The position numbers and the translations under genes are program-made. A stretch of DNA of 32,000 nucleotides from Candidatus Saccharimonadota bacterium (GTDB lineage: Archaea > Micrarchaeota > Micrarchaeia > Micrarchaeales > Micrarchaeaceae), in assembly GCA_963698035.1 (NCBI GenBank), contig OY969114.1, forward strand, positions 1 to 32,000. The letters are read 5' to 3'. Of the stretch, positions 1 through 7,536 are shown one piece after another. How positions within the stretch are numbered: position 1 is the first letter of the stretch; the number at the start of each line of letters is the position of its first letter. The notes beneath the pieces are model-generated. The model was not told the origin of the DNA, ran no database searches, and saw only the letters and a list, made by a program, of their open reading frames with translations.

Positions 1-46
1 ACCCCCCCATCTCCAGATGTCAGGATAGGTATAAATATCTGGGAAA

Positions 47-805
47 ATGTCCATCATGATTATAGTTGAGCTATGCGCAGGAAAAACGGAGGGTAGTAGG
101 CCAAGCCGACGTAAAAAAATAGTGGTATCTTGATTTTGACGGAGTTTTAATAAAAGAGAAATCGTCTTGGTCATCCATGAAAAGAATACACAACATTCCT
201 GAGGTATACCCTCTTTTCAGAAGAGGTAAAATAAGTCTTCAGGAGTCACTGAGCTTCCTTGAATCTGCGGCGAAAGATGTAGGGCTATGCCGTTCCGACT
301 TTGTTAGCGCCGCAAACACGGCCCCGTTAGAGGACCATGCATCTGAGGTGGTCGAGAGCTGAATGCCGAAGGCGTAGGTCTTGACATAGCCACGTTTTCT
401 CCCACCATATACGCAAGAGTTGTTGCGAATAGAATTCACCCCCGGGCATTTTTAAGGCCGGTTATCTCCGTCGGCCCAGTTCCCATGAATGTTTATGGCA
501 GAACTACGGTTTTTGATTCGCAAGGTCAATATGTTAGCACATACGCGTATCCGAATGGCGCTGGCCAGCCTTGGGAAAACCAAAGAGATCTCAACAAAAA
601 GATAGTGCTAGATACTATAGCAGCAAGATGGAGGATAGAAAGCGGCAATATCCTATTCGTTAGCGATGGCGGGGACACTGAAGCTTCTTTATACTATCCG
701 ACAAATGGCTACAAGCATGCTGGTGACACCCTACGCACCATAGCCGAGATATCAGATCTCAGGGACCTGCTAAAAGATTCGTATAAGTTTCTTCAATTCT
801 TTTAG
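47..805 (+). pseudogene. HAD-superfamily hydrolase, decayed copy of the intact gene at 2907..3644
   Basis: Same sequence as 2907..3644 but broken into fragments (ORFs 177-362 and 485-805). There are several indels in 47-176, a 1-nt deletion near 357 (gtcgagag-ctgaatg versus gtcgagaggctgaatg), and a 2-nt insertion near 770. Confidence 0.85.
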
Positions 806-880
806 ATATGGGACACCTCCTGTATTTCCACTAATGATAGTATTAAATATCATATAGCGAAGAGTATATTTGGGGGTAAT
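784..880 (+). promoter_or_regulatory. Cassette junction module (T-rich box, GGGACACC..TTTCCAC box, TATA-like box, GGGGGT SD-like)
   Basis: Sequence is taagTTTCTTCAATTCTTTTAG atat GGGACACCTCCTGTATTTCCAC taatgatag TATTAAATAT ... GGGGGTaatATG. It is homologous to the modules at 1412, 3645 and 5585. Confidence 0.7.
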
Positions 881-1069
881 ATGCCATCGACTGTTTTTAA
901 ACGCGGAAGATTAGGTGGTCAACTGAGGGCTACAACAGATCCTGCCCTGGCTGCGTCTATGGTTGCAACATCGGCCGCTGTCATAGCCTATCTGGTGTAT
1001 CTGGCCAACGAGGAGGCCAAGAAATTTAAGCGGGACAATCCCGATCTCATGGCCAGCCTTAGAAAATAA
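881..1069 (+). CDS. Small single-pass membrane protein (62 aa), hypothetical
   Basis: Intact ORF with a hydrophobic core (AASMVATSAAVIAYLVYL) and a GGGGGT 4 nt upstream of the ATG. An identical copy sits at 2624-2812. Confidence 0.6.
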   Translation: MPSTVFKRGRLGGQLRATTDPALAASMVATSAAVIAYLVYLANEEAKKFKRDNPDLMASLRK

Positions 1070-1093
1070 TTCTCATAGCCCGGAACACTAGAA

Positions 1094-1414
1094 ATGACAT
1101 ACCGTGATAATATGAATAAAAGTTCAACTATCGCATCCGGAGACACTATACACGCAGAAGATAATCCTGAAAGAGTTAGACCTCTTTTAAGAGATTTTGG
1201 ATCAAGAGTCACGTCTCTTTTAAGAGACTATGGACTAGCAGCAACAATAGTAATTGTTACGACTACCAGTACCGTTGCCGGTGTGATTTATGAACCGGTC
1301 CAAGGTCTACCGCTCAACCCCGTAATCCAGGGAGCAGCAGTGGGATTTGTAGGACTTTTTCTTAGTGGTTTGGGGGCGGTCATTACAAATGCATTCCTAG
1401 AGGGCAAAAATTAA
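1094..1414 (+). CDS. Membrane protein (106 aa, two predicted TM segments), hypothetical
   Basis: ORF lies 24 nt downstream of the 62-aa gene. Hydrophobic stretches are AATIVIVTTTSTVAGVI and AAVGFVGLFLSGLGAVI. The copy at 2279-2599 differs by 1 aa. Confidence 0.6.
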   Translation: MTYRDNMNKSSTIASGDTIHAEDNPERVRPLLRDFGSRVTSLLRDYGLAATIVIVTTTSTVAGVIYEPVQGLPLNPVIQGAAVGFVGLFLSGLGAVITNAFLEGKN

Positions 1415-1512
1415 AACCTTCTTGGTCTTTCTTCAATTCTTTTGGCAAAGGGGACACCCCAATGTTTCCATAATTCATAAATACCTAATAATCATAATGT
1501 GAATGTGTTATT
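1412..1512 (+). promoter_or_regulatory. Cassette junction module
   Basis: Sequence is cttggtcTTTCTTCAATTCTTTTGG caaa GGGGACACCCCAATGTTTCCAT aa TTCATAAATACC, followed by ~30 nt and the ATG at 1513. Confidence 0.7.
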
Positions 1513-1767
1513 ATGGCAGCAACACAAAGCAGATCGGTGCGGCCCCAAAAAATATCAAGATTAATTCGTGAGGGCGAATTACCGTCAGGAAATTTAATGG
1601 ATAAACAACAGGTTATCAAAGAAATAGGTGAAAAAAACTGGGACGCTTTTCTTAAGTTTATGGAGGGCCAAACATTTAAGGTTGATTCCGAAGGACGTGA
1701 GAGCTACCATAGCACCGATGTTCAAAGTTTTCTACATAGACCAAAACCCAGATCTAGCCTTCTTTGA
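1513..1767 (+). CDS. Hypothetical protein (84 aa)
   Basis: ORF is duplicated at 1923-2180. The C-termini differ because of a 1-nt indel (RSSLL* versus RLALFD*). Confidence 0.55.
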   Translation: MAATQSRSVRPQKISRLIREGELPSGNLMDKQQVIKEIGEKNWDAFLKFMEGQTFKVDSEGRESYHSTDVQSFLHRPKPRSSLL

Positions 1768-1799
1768 TTAGATATACTTAGTTTTTCTTCAATTGTTTT

Positions 1800-1894
1800 C
1801 TTTCTTTTGAGGCGATCGCTCTGCTATTGGTTATTTACACGTGGTAACCTAGCATATCAAGACGCCTCAAAAGAAAGAGAAGACCATCTTTACT
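1800..1894. repeat. 95-nt unique centre of the inverted duplication, containing a perfect 15-bp inverted repeat (1800-1814 / 1863-1877) around a 48-nt loop
   Basis: CTTTCTTTTGAGGCG ... CGCCTCAAAAGAAAG read directly. The loop contains CACGTG. An 18-nt unpaired segment (1878-1895) makes the centre asymmetric. Confidence 0.85.
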
Positions 1895-1922
1895 AAAACA
1901 ATTGAAGAAAAACTAAGTATAT

Positions 1923-2180
1923 CTAATCAAAGAGGGCTAATCTGGGTTTTGGTCTATGTAGAAAACTTTGAACATCGGTGCTATGGTAGCTCTCACGTCC
2001 TTCGGAATCAACCTTAAATGTTTGGCCCTCCATAAACTTAAGAAAAGCGTCCCAGTTTTTTTCGCCTATTTCTTTGATAACCTGTTGTTTATCCATTAAA
2101 TTTCCTGATGGTAATTCGCCCTCACGAATTAATCTTGATATTTTTTGGGGCCGCGCCGATCTGCTTTGTGTTGCTGCCAT
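1923..2180 (-). CDS. Hypothetical protein (85 aa), paralog of 1513..1767
   Basis: Near-identical translation to 1513..1767. Confidence 0.55.
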   Translation of the reverse strand: MAATQSRSARPQKISRLIREGELPSGNLMDKQQVIKEIGEKNWDAFLKFMEGQTFKVDSEGRESYHSTDVQSFLHRPKPRLALFD

Positions 2181-2281
2181 AATAACACATTCACATTATG
2201 ATTATTAGGTATTTATGAATTGTGGAAACATGGGGGTGTCCCCTTTGCCAAAAGAATTGAAGAAAAACTAAGAAGGTTTTA
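2181..2281 (-). promoter_or_regulatory. Cassette junction module (mirror of 1412..1512)
   Basis: Minus strand reads cttAGTTTTTCTTCAATTCTTTTGG caaa GGGGACACCCCCATGTTTCCAC aa TTCATAAATACC. Confidence 0.7.
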
Positions 2282-2599
2282 ATTTTTGCCCTCTAGGAAT
2301 GCATTTGTAATGACCGCCCCCAAACCACTAAGAAAAAGTCCTACAAATCCCACTGCTGCTCCCTGGATTACGGGGTTGAGCGGTAGACCTTGGACCGGTT
2401 CATAAATCACACCGGCAACGGTACTGGTAGTCGTAACAATTACTATTGTTGCTGCTAGTCCATAGTCTCTTAAAAGAGACGTGACTCTTGATCCAAAATC
2501 TCTTAAAAGAGGTCTAACTCTTTCAGGATTATCTTCTGCGTGTATAGCGTCTCCGGATGCGATAGTTGAACTTTTATTCATATTATCACGGTATGTCAT
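2279..2599 (-). CDS. Membrane protein (106 aa), paralog of 1094..1414
   Basis: Translation differs from 1094..1414 at one residue (T to A). Confidence 0.6.
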   Translation of the reverse strand: MTYRDNMNKSSTIASGDAIHAEDNPERVRPLLRDFGSRVTSLLRDYGLAATIVIVTTTSTVAGVIYEPVQGLPLNPVIQGAAVGFVGLFLSGLGAVITNAFLEGKN

Positions 2600-2623
2600 T
2601 TCTAGTGTTCCGGGCTATGAGAA

Positions 2624-2812
2624 TTATTTTCTAAGGCTGGCCATGAGATCGGGATTGTCCCGCTTAAATTTCTTGGCCTCCTCGTTGGCCAGATACACCA
2701 GATAGGCTATGACAGCGGCCGATGTTGCAACCATAGACGCAGCCAGGGCAGGATCTGTTGTAGCCCTCAGTTGACCACCTAATCTTCCGCGTTTAAAAAC
2801 AGTCGATGGCAT
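2624..2812 (-). CDS. Small membrane protein (62 aa), paralog of 881..1069
   Basis: Translation is identical to 881..1069. Confidence 0.6.
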   Translation of the reverse strand: MPSTVFKRGRLGGQLRATTDPALAASMVATSAAVIAYLVYLANEEAKKFKRDNPDLMASLRK

Positions 2813-2909
2813 ATTACCCCCAAATATACTCTTCGCTATATGATATTTAATACTATCATTAGTGGAAATACAGGAGGTGTCCCATATCTAAAAGAATTGA
2901 AGAAAACTA
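2813..2909 (-). promoter_or_regulatory. Cassette junction module; begins with the TAG stop codon of the HAD gene
   Basis: Minus strand reads TAG TTTTCTTCAATTCTTTTAG atat GGGACACCTCCTGTATTTCCAC ... TATTAAATAT. Confidence 0.7.
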
Positions 2910-3644
2910 TACGAATCTTAGCAGGTCCCTGAGATCTGATATCTCGGCTATGGTGCGTAGGGTGTCACCAGCATGCTTGTAGCCAATTGTCGGATAGTAT
3001 AAAGAAGCTTCAGTGTCCCCGCCATCGCTAACGAATAGGATATTGCCGCTTTCTATCCTCCATCTTGCTGCTATAGTATCTAGCACTATCTTTTTGTTGA
3101 GATCTCTTTGGTTTTCCCAAGGCTGGCCAGCGCCATTCGGATACGCGTATGTGCTAACATATTGACCTTGCGAATCAAAAACCGTAGTTCTGCCATAAAC
3201 ATTCATGGGAACTGGGCCGACGGAGATAACCGGCCTTAAAAATGCCCGGGGGTGAATTCTATTCGCAACAACTCTTGCGTATATGGTGGGAGAAAACGTG
3301 GCTATGTCAAGACCTACGCCTTCGGCATTCAGCCTCTCGACCACCTCAGATGCATGGTCCTCTAGCGGGGCCGTGTTTGCGGCGCTAACAAAGTCGGAAC
3401 GGCATAGCCCTACATCTTTCGCCGCAGATTCAAGGAAGCCCAGTGACTCCTGAAGACTTATTTTACCTCTTCTGAAAAGAGGGTATACCTCAGGAATGTT
3501 GTGTATTCTTTTCATGGATGACCAAGACGATTTCTCTTTGATTAAAACTCCGTCAAGATCAAATACCACTCTTTTTACATCGGCTTGGCCTACTACCCTC
3601 CGTTCTCTTTCCTGCGCATAGCTCAACATAATCATGATGGACAT
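2907..3644 (-). CDS. HAD-superfamily hydrolase/phosphatase (intact copy)
   Basis: Contains HAD motif I (VVFDLDGVL) and a C-terminal acidic motif (FVSDGGDTE). The TATA box lies only ~9 nt from the first ATG, so the true start may be M4 or M6 (3635 or 3629). Confidence 0.7.
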   Translation of the reverse strand: MSIMIMLSYAQERERRVVGQADVKRVVFDLDGVLIKEKSSWSSMKRIHNIPEVYPLFRRGKISLQESLGFLESAAKDVGLCRSDFVSAANTAPLEDHASEVVERLNAEGVGLDIATFSPTIYARVVANRIHPRAFLRPVISVGPVPMNVYGRTTVFDSQGQYVSTYAYPNGAGQPWENQRDLNKKIVLDTIAARWRIESGNILFVSDGGDTEASLYYPTIGYKHAGDTLRTIAEISDLRDLLRFV

Positions 3645-3724
3645 TTCCAGATATTTATACCTATCCTGGGCGTTTGTGGAAATGCGGGGGTGGCCTTTTT
3701 GCTAAAGGAATTGAAGAAAAACTA
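3645..3724 (-). promoter_or_regulatory. Cassette junction module; begins with the TAG stop of 3722..4630
   Basis: Minus strand reads TAG TTTTTCTTCAATTCCTTTAG caaaa AGGCCACCCCCGCATTTCCAC aaacgcccaggatag GTATAAATATCTGG. Confidence 0.7.
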
Positions 3725-4630
3725 AGAAAGCTTTGATCGTGTCCTTCTTTCATTTGCATACGTTTGTTCAAAAATCGACCTTGCTTCTTGAAGGGTTTGC
3801 GCCTTTATTGCAGCTGGAAAGTGGAACCTCAAAAGGGAAAGTTTCCCAACATCATCTAAGCTTCCGCGCGCTGCCTGTCTTATAGCATCCTTATTAAGTA
3901 CGTCCAGAGGTGTCAACGAGCCACGTACTTCTGCATTAAAACCAAGTCGGGTGAGCTCATTTTCGAGATATTGCGCATGGCCAGCGCCTACTATCACAAC
4001 AACGCAGTGACTTTGTCCTGTCTTGCTTGCAACCGCTGCTATGTTGTCCCTCATCGCAGGCTCCCTTATAAGGTCGGCTTCGCCGAGAAGTCTTGCCTCT
4101 GTCATGCAACCTTGCAGTGCTTCATTAAATGAAGTAGTAGTCCGCAGCGTTTTTATCGCGGTTCTTTTCTCAATATACCTGCTTCTTATCCTTTCGTCAG
4201 TAATGTCGGCGTCTATTGGAATAATTTCAATTCCGGCAGCGCTTAGCTTGATCAATAATTCCATTAATGTTTTGTAATACCATCGAAGTTCTGGTCTTGT
4301 CATATTATTTACGTGCGCCTGGAGCTCCTCTTCTGTGATCTTTGGCATTGCTGCATAAAATGCACGTTTATTACTTGAGCTTTCAAAGCATACGCTTGTA
4401 ATCTCATACTCTTTAGATAGCGATAAGATGTCTGCGTATAAGGCAACAAGGCCTCCGGCACCCTCATTGCCGTGCCTGTCGGGGAATATCACTATTCTAG
4501 GTGCAGCTACCCTTACTAATCCCTTGATACCGGGTTCATCCCTCTTAGGAATCGGAATGGGCTTTGCGCCAATTTCACTAACTAAAGCCGTTCTTACAGC
4601 CGGGCCTCGATCTATTGTTAGATCAGCCAT
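3722..4630 (-). CDS. Tiki/TraB/ChaN-superfamily-like protein (302 aa)
   Basis: N-terminal FPDRHGNE and C-terminal VVVIVGAGHAQY resemble the two His-containing motifs of this superfamily. Recognised by eye only. Confidence 0.4.
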   Translation of the reverse strand: MADLTIDRGPAVRTALVSEIGAKPIPIPKRDEPGIKGLVRVAAPRIVIFPDRHGNEGAGGLVALYADILSLSKEYEITSVCFESSSNKRAFYAAMPKITEEELQAHVNNMTRPELRWYYKTLMELLIKLSAAGIEIIPIDADITDERIRSRYIEKRTAIKTLRTTTSFNEALQGCMTEARLLGEADLIREPAMRDNIAAVASKTGQSHCVVVIVGAGHAQYLENELTRLGFNAEVRGSLTPLDVLNKDAIRQAARGSLDDVGKLSLLRFHFPAAIKAQTLQEARSIFEQTYANERRTRSKLS

Positions 4631-4682
4631 ATCTTCACATTATACTGCGGGACTTCAGATATTTACGCATTTTTCTGCTATT

Positions 4683-5108
4683 CTAATCTCTTAATCTCAA
4701 ACGTCTGAACAAATCGATAGTCTCACCATAAGATAGATGCTCTGGCACGCTCTCCATCTTTGTTAACCCTATTTCTGACAATTCGTATACTTCCTTGCCC
4801 AGCTTCAATGCGTGTATGATTTCCGCGCCCATCCCTGCTAAGACAAATCCTTGAAATCGTGTGTAAACCAACAAACTACACCTTTCGATAATGCCCAAAT
4901 AAAAACCCATATCCCTTATTCCATAGTCTTTTACTGTTGCTGGATTGATTATTGCATAGTCTGGAAAGTGCTGTGCTATGATCTGCACTTGCGCTTTTTC
5001 TTCCTTTGTGCCGTATACCGGTTGTGCGTGCGCGAAATAGACCGTCTTCTCAGCGTTTGCCGGAAGCAGCTTGGCTGCTGCTTCATCCCATAGGCTCGGT
5101 CTTTTCAC
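4683..5108 (-). CDS. Nucleoside 2-deoxyribosyltransferase-like (DUF4406-like) protein, GTG start
   Basis: Pattern is VYFAHAQP ... IIERCSLLVY ... AGMGAEIIHALKLGKEVY, as in NDT-like Rossmann proteins. The start codon is uncertain. Confidence 0.35.
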   Translation of the reverse strand: MKRPSLWDEAAAKLLPANAEKTVYFAHAQPVYGTKEEKAQVQIIAQHFPDYAIINPATVKDYGIRDMGFYLGIIERCSLLVYTRFQGFVLAGMGAEIIHALKLGKEVYELSEIGLTKMESVPEHLSYGETIDLFRRLRLRD

Positions 5109-5173
5109 GTATATAGCGCCTCCAGTTACAGCAGTTAAACCTTTATTCGTATTATTGCCCCCTTTCCGAACGC

Positions 5174-5584
5174 TTACCTTACCAGCTTTCCGGCTTCGGA
5201 AGCAGCACTACCGCCTGGCTGCATTTTACTCAACCGATTCGCATACTCATCTTCAAAAAGCTCTTTCCACTCCTTTCTGCGCTGCATACCCTCCTCTGTC
5301 ACATACCAGCAGGGCTCACCGAGATCCGAAACTGTCAATGGCGCCTTAAGTTCTACTGCCAGCAATCTCTCATTTAACATTTCGTCGAAGCGGACAGAGA
5401 GCTTATGGAGGTTATTAAAAAACCTTTGGCCGCTAGATAGGCCCAAAGAGGCCGCGGCACCCAATATTATCTGTGTCTTATCGCTCAGCTCGCGCAAAAT
5501 CATCAGGTCTGTTATGAGCAATCCCAATAATTCTTGCTCTGAGAGCCTCCGTGCTGGTTTAGGAACTGTTGCGCTTCCCTGCAT
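5174..5584 (-). CDS. Hypothetical protein (136 aa)
   Basis: ORF is preceded by a full junction module with a TATA box. Confidence 0.5.
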   Translation of the reverse strand: MQGSATVPKPARRLSEQELLGLLITDLMILRELSDKTQIILGAAASLGLSSGQRFFNNLHKLSVRFDEMLNERLLAVELKAPLTVSDLGEPCWYVTEEGMQRRKEWKELFEDEYANRLSKMQPGGSAASEAGKLVR

Positions 5585-5680
5585 ATTGCCACAAAAATAT
5601 TCTGTTTGCCCAAATATTTAATATTATCATTTGTGGGAAGCAGAAGTGTCCCTTTAATGAAAGAATTGAAGAGAAACTAA
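5585..5680 (-). promoter_or_regulatory. Cassette junction module
   Basis: Minus strand reads TTAGTTTCTCTTCAATTCTTTC attaa AGGGACACTTCTGCTTCCCAC aaatgataa TATTAAATATTTGGG. No same-strand gene lies upstream of it. Confidence 0.7.
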
Positions 5681-5740
5681 TCGCCTCCTATCCTGTACAA
5701 GTTGCTTAAATACTTTTATCTTGCATTACCTCTGATCTGC

Positions 5741-6316
5741 ATGGAGCTTAGAACAAAAAGATTGGTATTAAGGCGGCCTAGGAAGAATGACCTACCCAAT
5801 CTAGTTAAAAACATAAGCAACATTCGGGTGTCAAAATGGTTGCTTACTGTTCCTTACCCCTATACTATTAAAGATGCACGATGGTACCTGAATCACAGTG
5901 CAAAGAAGTGGGGTGCTAGAAAGAAGACGGGATACGCATTTTTTATAGCCTTGAAAAGCAACAGGCATGTAATTGGTGGATGTGGTATAGATGGGATCAA
6001 CAAAAGTCAGGGTACCGCAGAGGTTGGTTACTGGCTCGGTGAAAAATATTGGCGGAGAGGATACGGAAGCGAAGCTCTTGATGCTATGTTAAAGTTTACT
6101 TTCAACAGCCTAAAATTGAGGAGAGTGTCGGCGCCTATATTTGCTGGTAATCCAAGCTCGGGTAAATTATTGGAGAAATACGGATTCAAAAAAGAGGGAT
6201 TGAAAAGAAAATCTGCCGTGTGCAAAGCCAATGGTAAAATAAGGGACGAGGTTGTTTACGGATTGCTTAAAGAGGAGTGGAAAGCTGACAAGAGAAAAAG
6301 GGATTTATTCTCTTGA
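5741..6316 (+). CDS. GNAT family N-acetyltransferase (RimJ/RimL-like)
   Basis: Contains MELRTKRLVLRRP, GYWLGEKYWRRGYGSEA and GNPSSGKLLEKYGFKKEG. A TATA-like GCTTAAATAC lies ~27 nt upstream of the ATG at 5741. The tracked ORF starts at the TTG at 5702. Confidence 0.8.
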   Translation: MELRTKRLVLRRPRKNDLPNLVKNISNIRVSKWLLTVPYPYTIKDARWYLNHSAKKWGARKKTGYAFFIALKSNRHVIGGCGIDGINKSQGTAEVGYWLGEKYWRRGYGSEALDAMLKFTFNSLKLRRVSAPIFAGNPSSGKLLEKYGFKKEGLKRKSAVCKANGKIRDEVVYGLLKEEWKADKRKRDLFS

Positions 6317-6601
6317 CAAAAGCCTGTACACTTTTATTTGTGTTCCGTAGATGTCCTTGTAGATGCTGTCTTGTATTTTTTCTTGAACAAAGCCGTCCGC
6401 TGCAAGCCTTGGCAAAAGCTTTTCAAGCACGTGTTTCGCTTCTTGATCGTCCATCCCTACATTTATGGAGCACATCGCACGCACAATCTCATGGGAATTT
6501 TTCCACCTTTCAGATAATGCGTTTGGTATCAGGTTCTTATTTTCTAGATCTGAGCCTATGTATGGTCTAGAAGCAACTGCCGTGGGCATATTTTCACTCA
6601 A
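6305..6601 (-). CDS. Hypothetical small protein (98 aa), possible winged-helix fold
   Basis: ORF lies 6 nt downstream of 6608..6970. Its 3' end overlaps the convergent GNAT gene by 12 nt. Confidence 0.4.
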   Translation of the reverse strand: MSENMPTAVASRPYIGSDLENKNLIPNALSERWKNSHEIVRAMCSINVGMDDQEAKHVLEKLLPRLAADGFVQEKIQDSIYKDIYGTQIKVYRLLSRE

Positions 6602-6607
6602 TAATAA

Positions 6608-6970
6608 TTACGGGTTATCCAGTTCGGAACCTATGGCCCTGAGTAATTTTGTGCACGCGGTCTCGGTTTCTGCTGGATACGTAAAACGCGAGGAAAGAAA
6701 TTCATGCACTGCACTCTCGGTTGCCGGCGTTGATTTGAGCTCTGCGGAGAGCATTTCTCCGGTGTGACTTATATCCTCAATAATACTTATTCTTCCATCA
6801 GACAATACGCCAATCGTCAAATCGAACGGTCTTTCTGCACCGGACTGAATTTCTGCGGTCTTTGGAGTTATGCGTACAATAGCAGCGTTGCGATCTGCGT
6901 GCGTGTCAATGCGCAGCTCTACTCCTGGAGTTATTACGGTTCGGCAAGCTGTTACCATTATATCACACAT
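6608..6970 (-). CDS. Hypothetical protein (120 aa)
   Basis: ORF has an upstream TATA (CCAGATATTTAAAGC at 6985-6999 on the plus strand). Confidence 0.45.
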   Translation of the reverse strand: MCDIMVTACRTVITPGVELRIDTHADRNAAIVRITPKTAEIQSGAERPFDLTIGVLSDGRISIIEDISHTGEMLSAELKSTPATESAVHEFLSSRFTYPAETETACTKLLRAIGSELDNP

Positions 6971-7047
6971 AATATAGCGTATTTCCAGATATTTAAAGCC
7001 TATGAATTACAGCAAAGTGGGGGTGTTTTATTATGCTTCTGTACCTT
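6971..7047 (-). promoter_or_regulatory. Partial junction module (G-string box and TATA only, no CTTCAATTC box)
   Basis: Plus strand 7010-7028 reads acagcaaaGTGGGGGTGtt. TTTAAATATCTGG lies upstream of the ATG at 6970. Confidence 0.5.
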
Positions 7048-7536
7048 TTAGACTAGTGTTCTTCGGACCTTCCCTTTGCAAATAGTACCGTTGTGACCGA
7101 TATCATGCAAAGTGTATTGTAGAATATACTCGAAGACCGGAGGCAAAGCGAAACTTGGCACTTCGCACTCCATTTCAAAAGCTTTGGTTTTACAATGGTT
7201 TATGCCATTAACATCAAATCTTATACATTTGTTTAATATCGCTTCAAAAGAAGTTTGTAGCTCCTCCGTTTTATCTGGCATACTGCGTGCTTCCCACGTT
7301 GAGTATGCTTTTTCCAGAAAAGGCATAACTTGCTGTAGCTGCAATCTTGCAATAACTTTCCTCTCCTCAACATCCGCTGCCATTCTCTTATAATCAAGTA
7401 CATTTGTTAGTGTTGATGACTCTGATGGTAAACTTCTGGTTCCCGTTTTCGTCACCATTTTATCGTATTTTAATATTTTAACTGTCTGCAACTGGGATCC
7501 ATCGTGCATTAACTTTTCGTGTGTTAGCGACGACAA
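7048..7536 (-). CDS. Hypothetical protein; true start possibly 7458
   Basis: The ORF overlaps the upstream gene by 59 nt. An internal Met (MVTKTG) at 7458 removes the overlap. Confidence 0.4.
   Translation of the reverse strand: MSSLTHEKLMHDGSQLQTVKILKYDKMVTKTGTRSLPSESSTLTNVLDYKRMAADVEERKVIARLQLQQVMPFLEKAYSTWEARSMPDKTEELQTSFEAILNKCIRFDVNGINHCKTKAFEMECEVPSFALPPVFEYILQYTLHDIGHNGTICKGKVRRTLV

Larger units (their letters stand above)
1..1799. repeat. Left arm of a ~1.8 kb inverted duplication (partner 1895..3693); may extend past the window start
   Basis: ORF pairs 881-1069/2624-2812, 1094-1414/2279-2599 and 1513-1767/1923-2180 encode identical or 1-aa-different proteins on opposite strands. 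Paired coordinates sum to ~3691-3694 throughout. Confidence 0.95.
1895..3693. repeat. Right arm of the ~1.8 kb inverted duplication (carries the intact gene set)
   Basis: It is the reverse complement of 1-1799. I saw only scattered substitutions in the inner ~1.3 kb and multiple indels in the outer ~150 nt. Confidence 0.95.

Noticed and set aside
1-3693. The large palindrome as a pure assembly or MDA chimera artefact.
   Set aside because: The arms are not identical. There are several indels and substitutions, including frame-breaking ones confined to one arm, and the centre is asymmetric. Still worth confirming with spanning reads.
3700-3724. The plus-strand form of the module box (AAAGGAATTGAAGAAAAAC) resembles the 3' end of some archaeal CRISPR repeats (...GGAATTGAAAG), which raised the idea of a degenerate CRISPR array.
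   Set aside because: The copies are 0.3-2 kb apart with whole genes between them. Spacing is irregular, the full repeat is not conserved as a ~25-37 nt unit, and no cas genes or leader are present.
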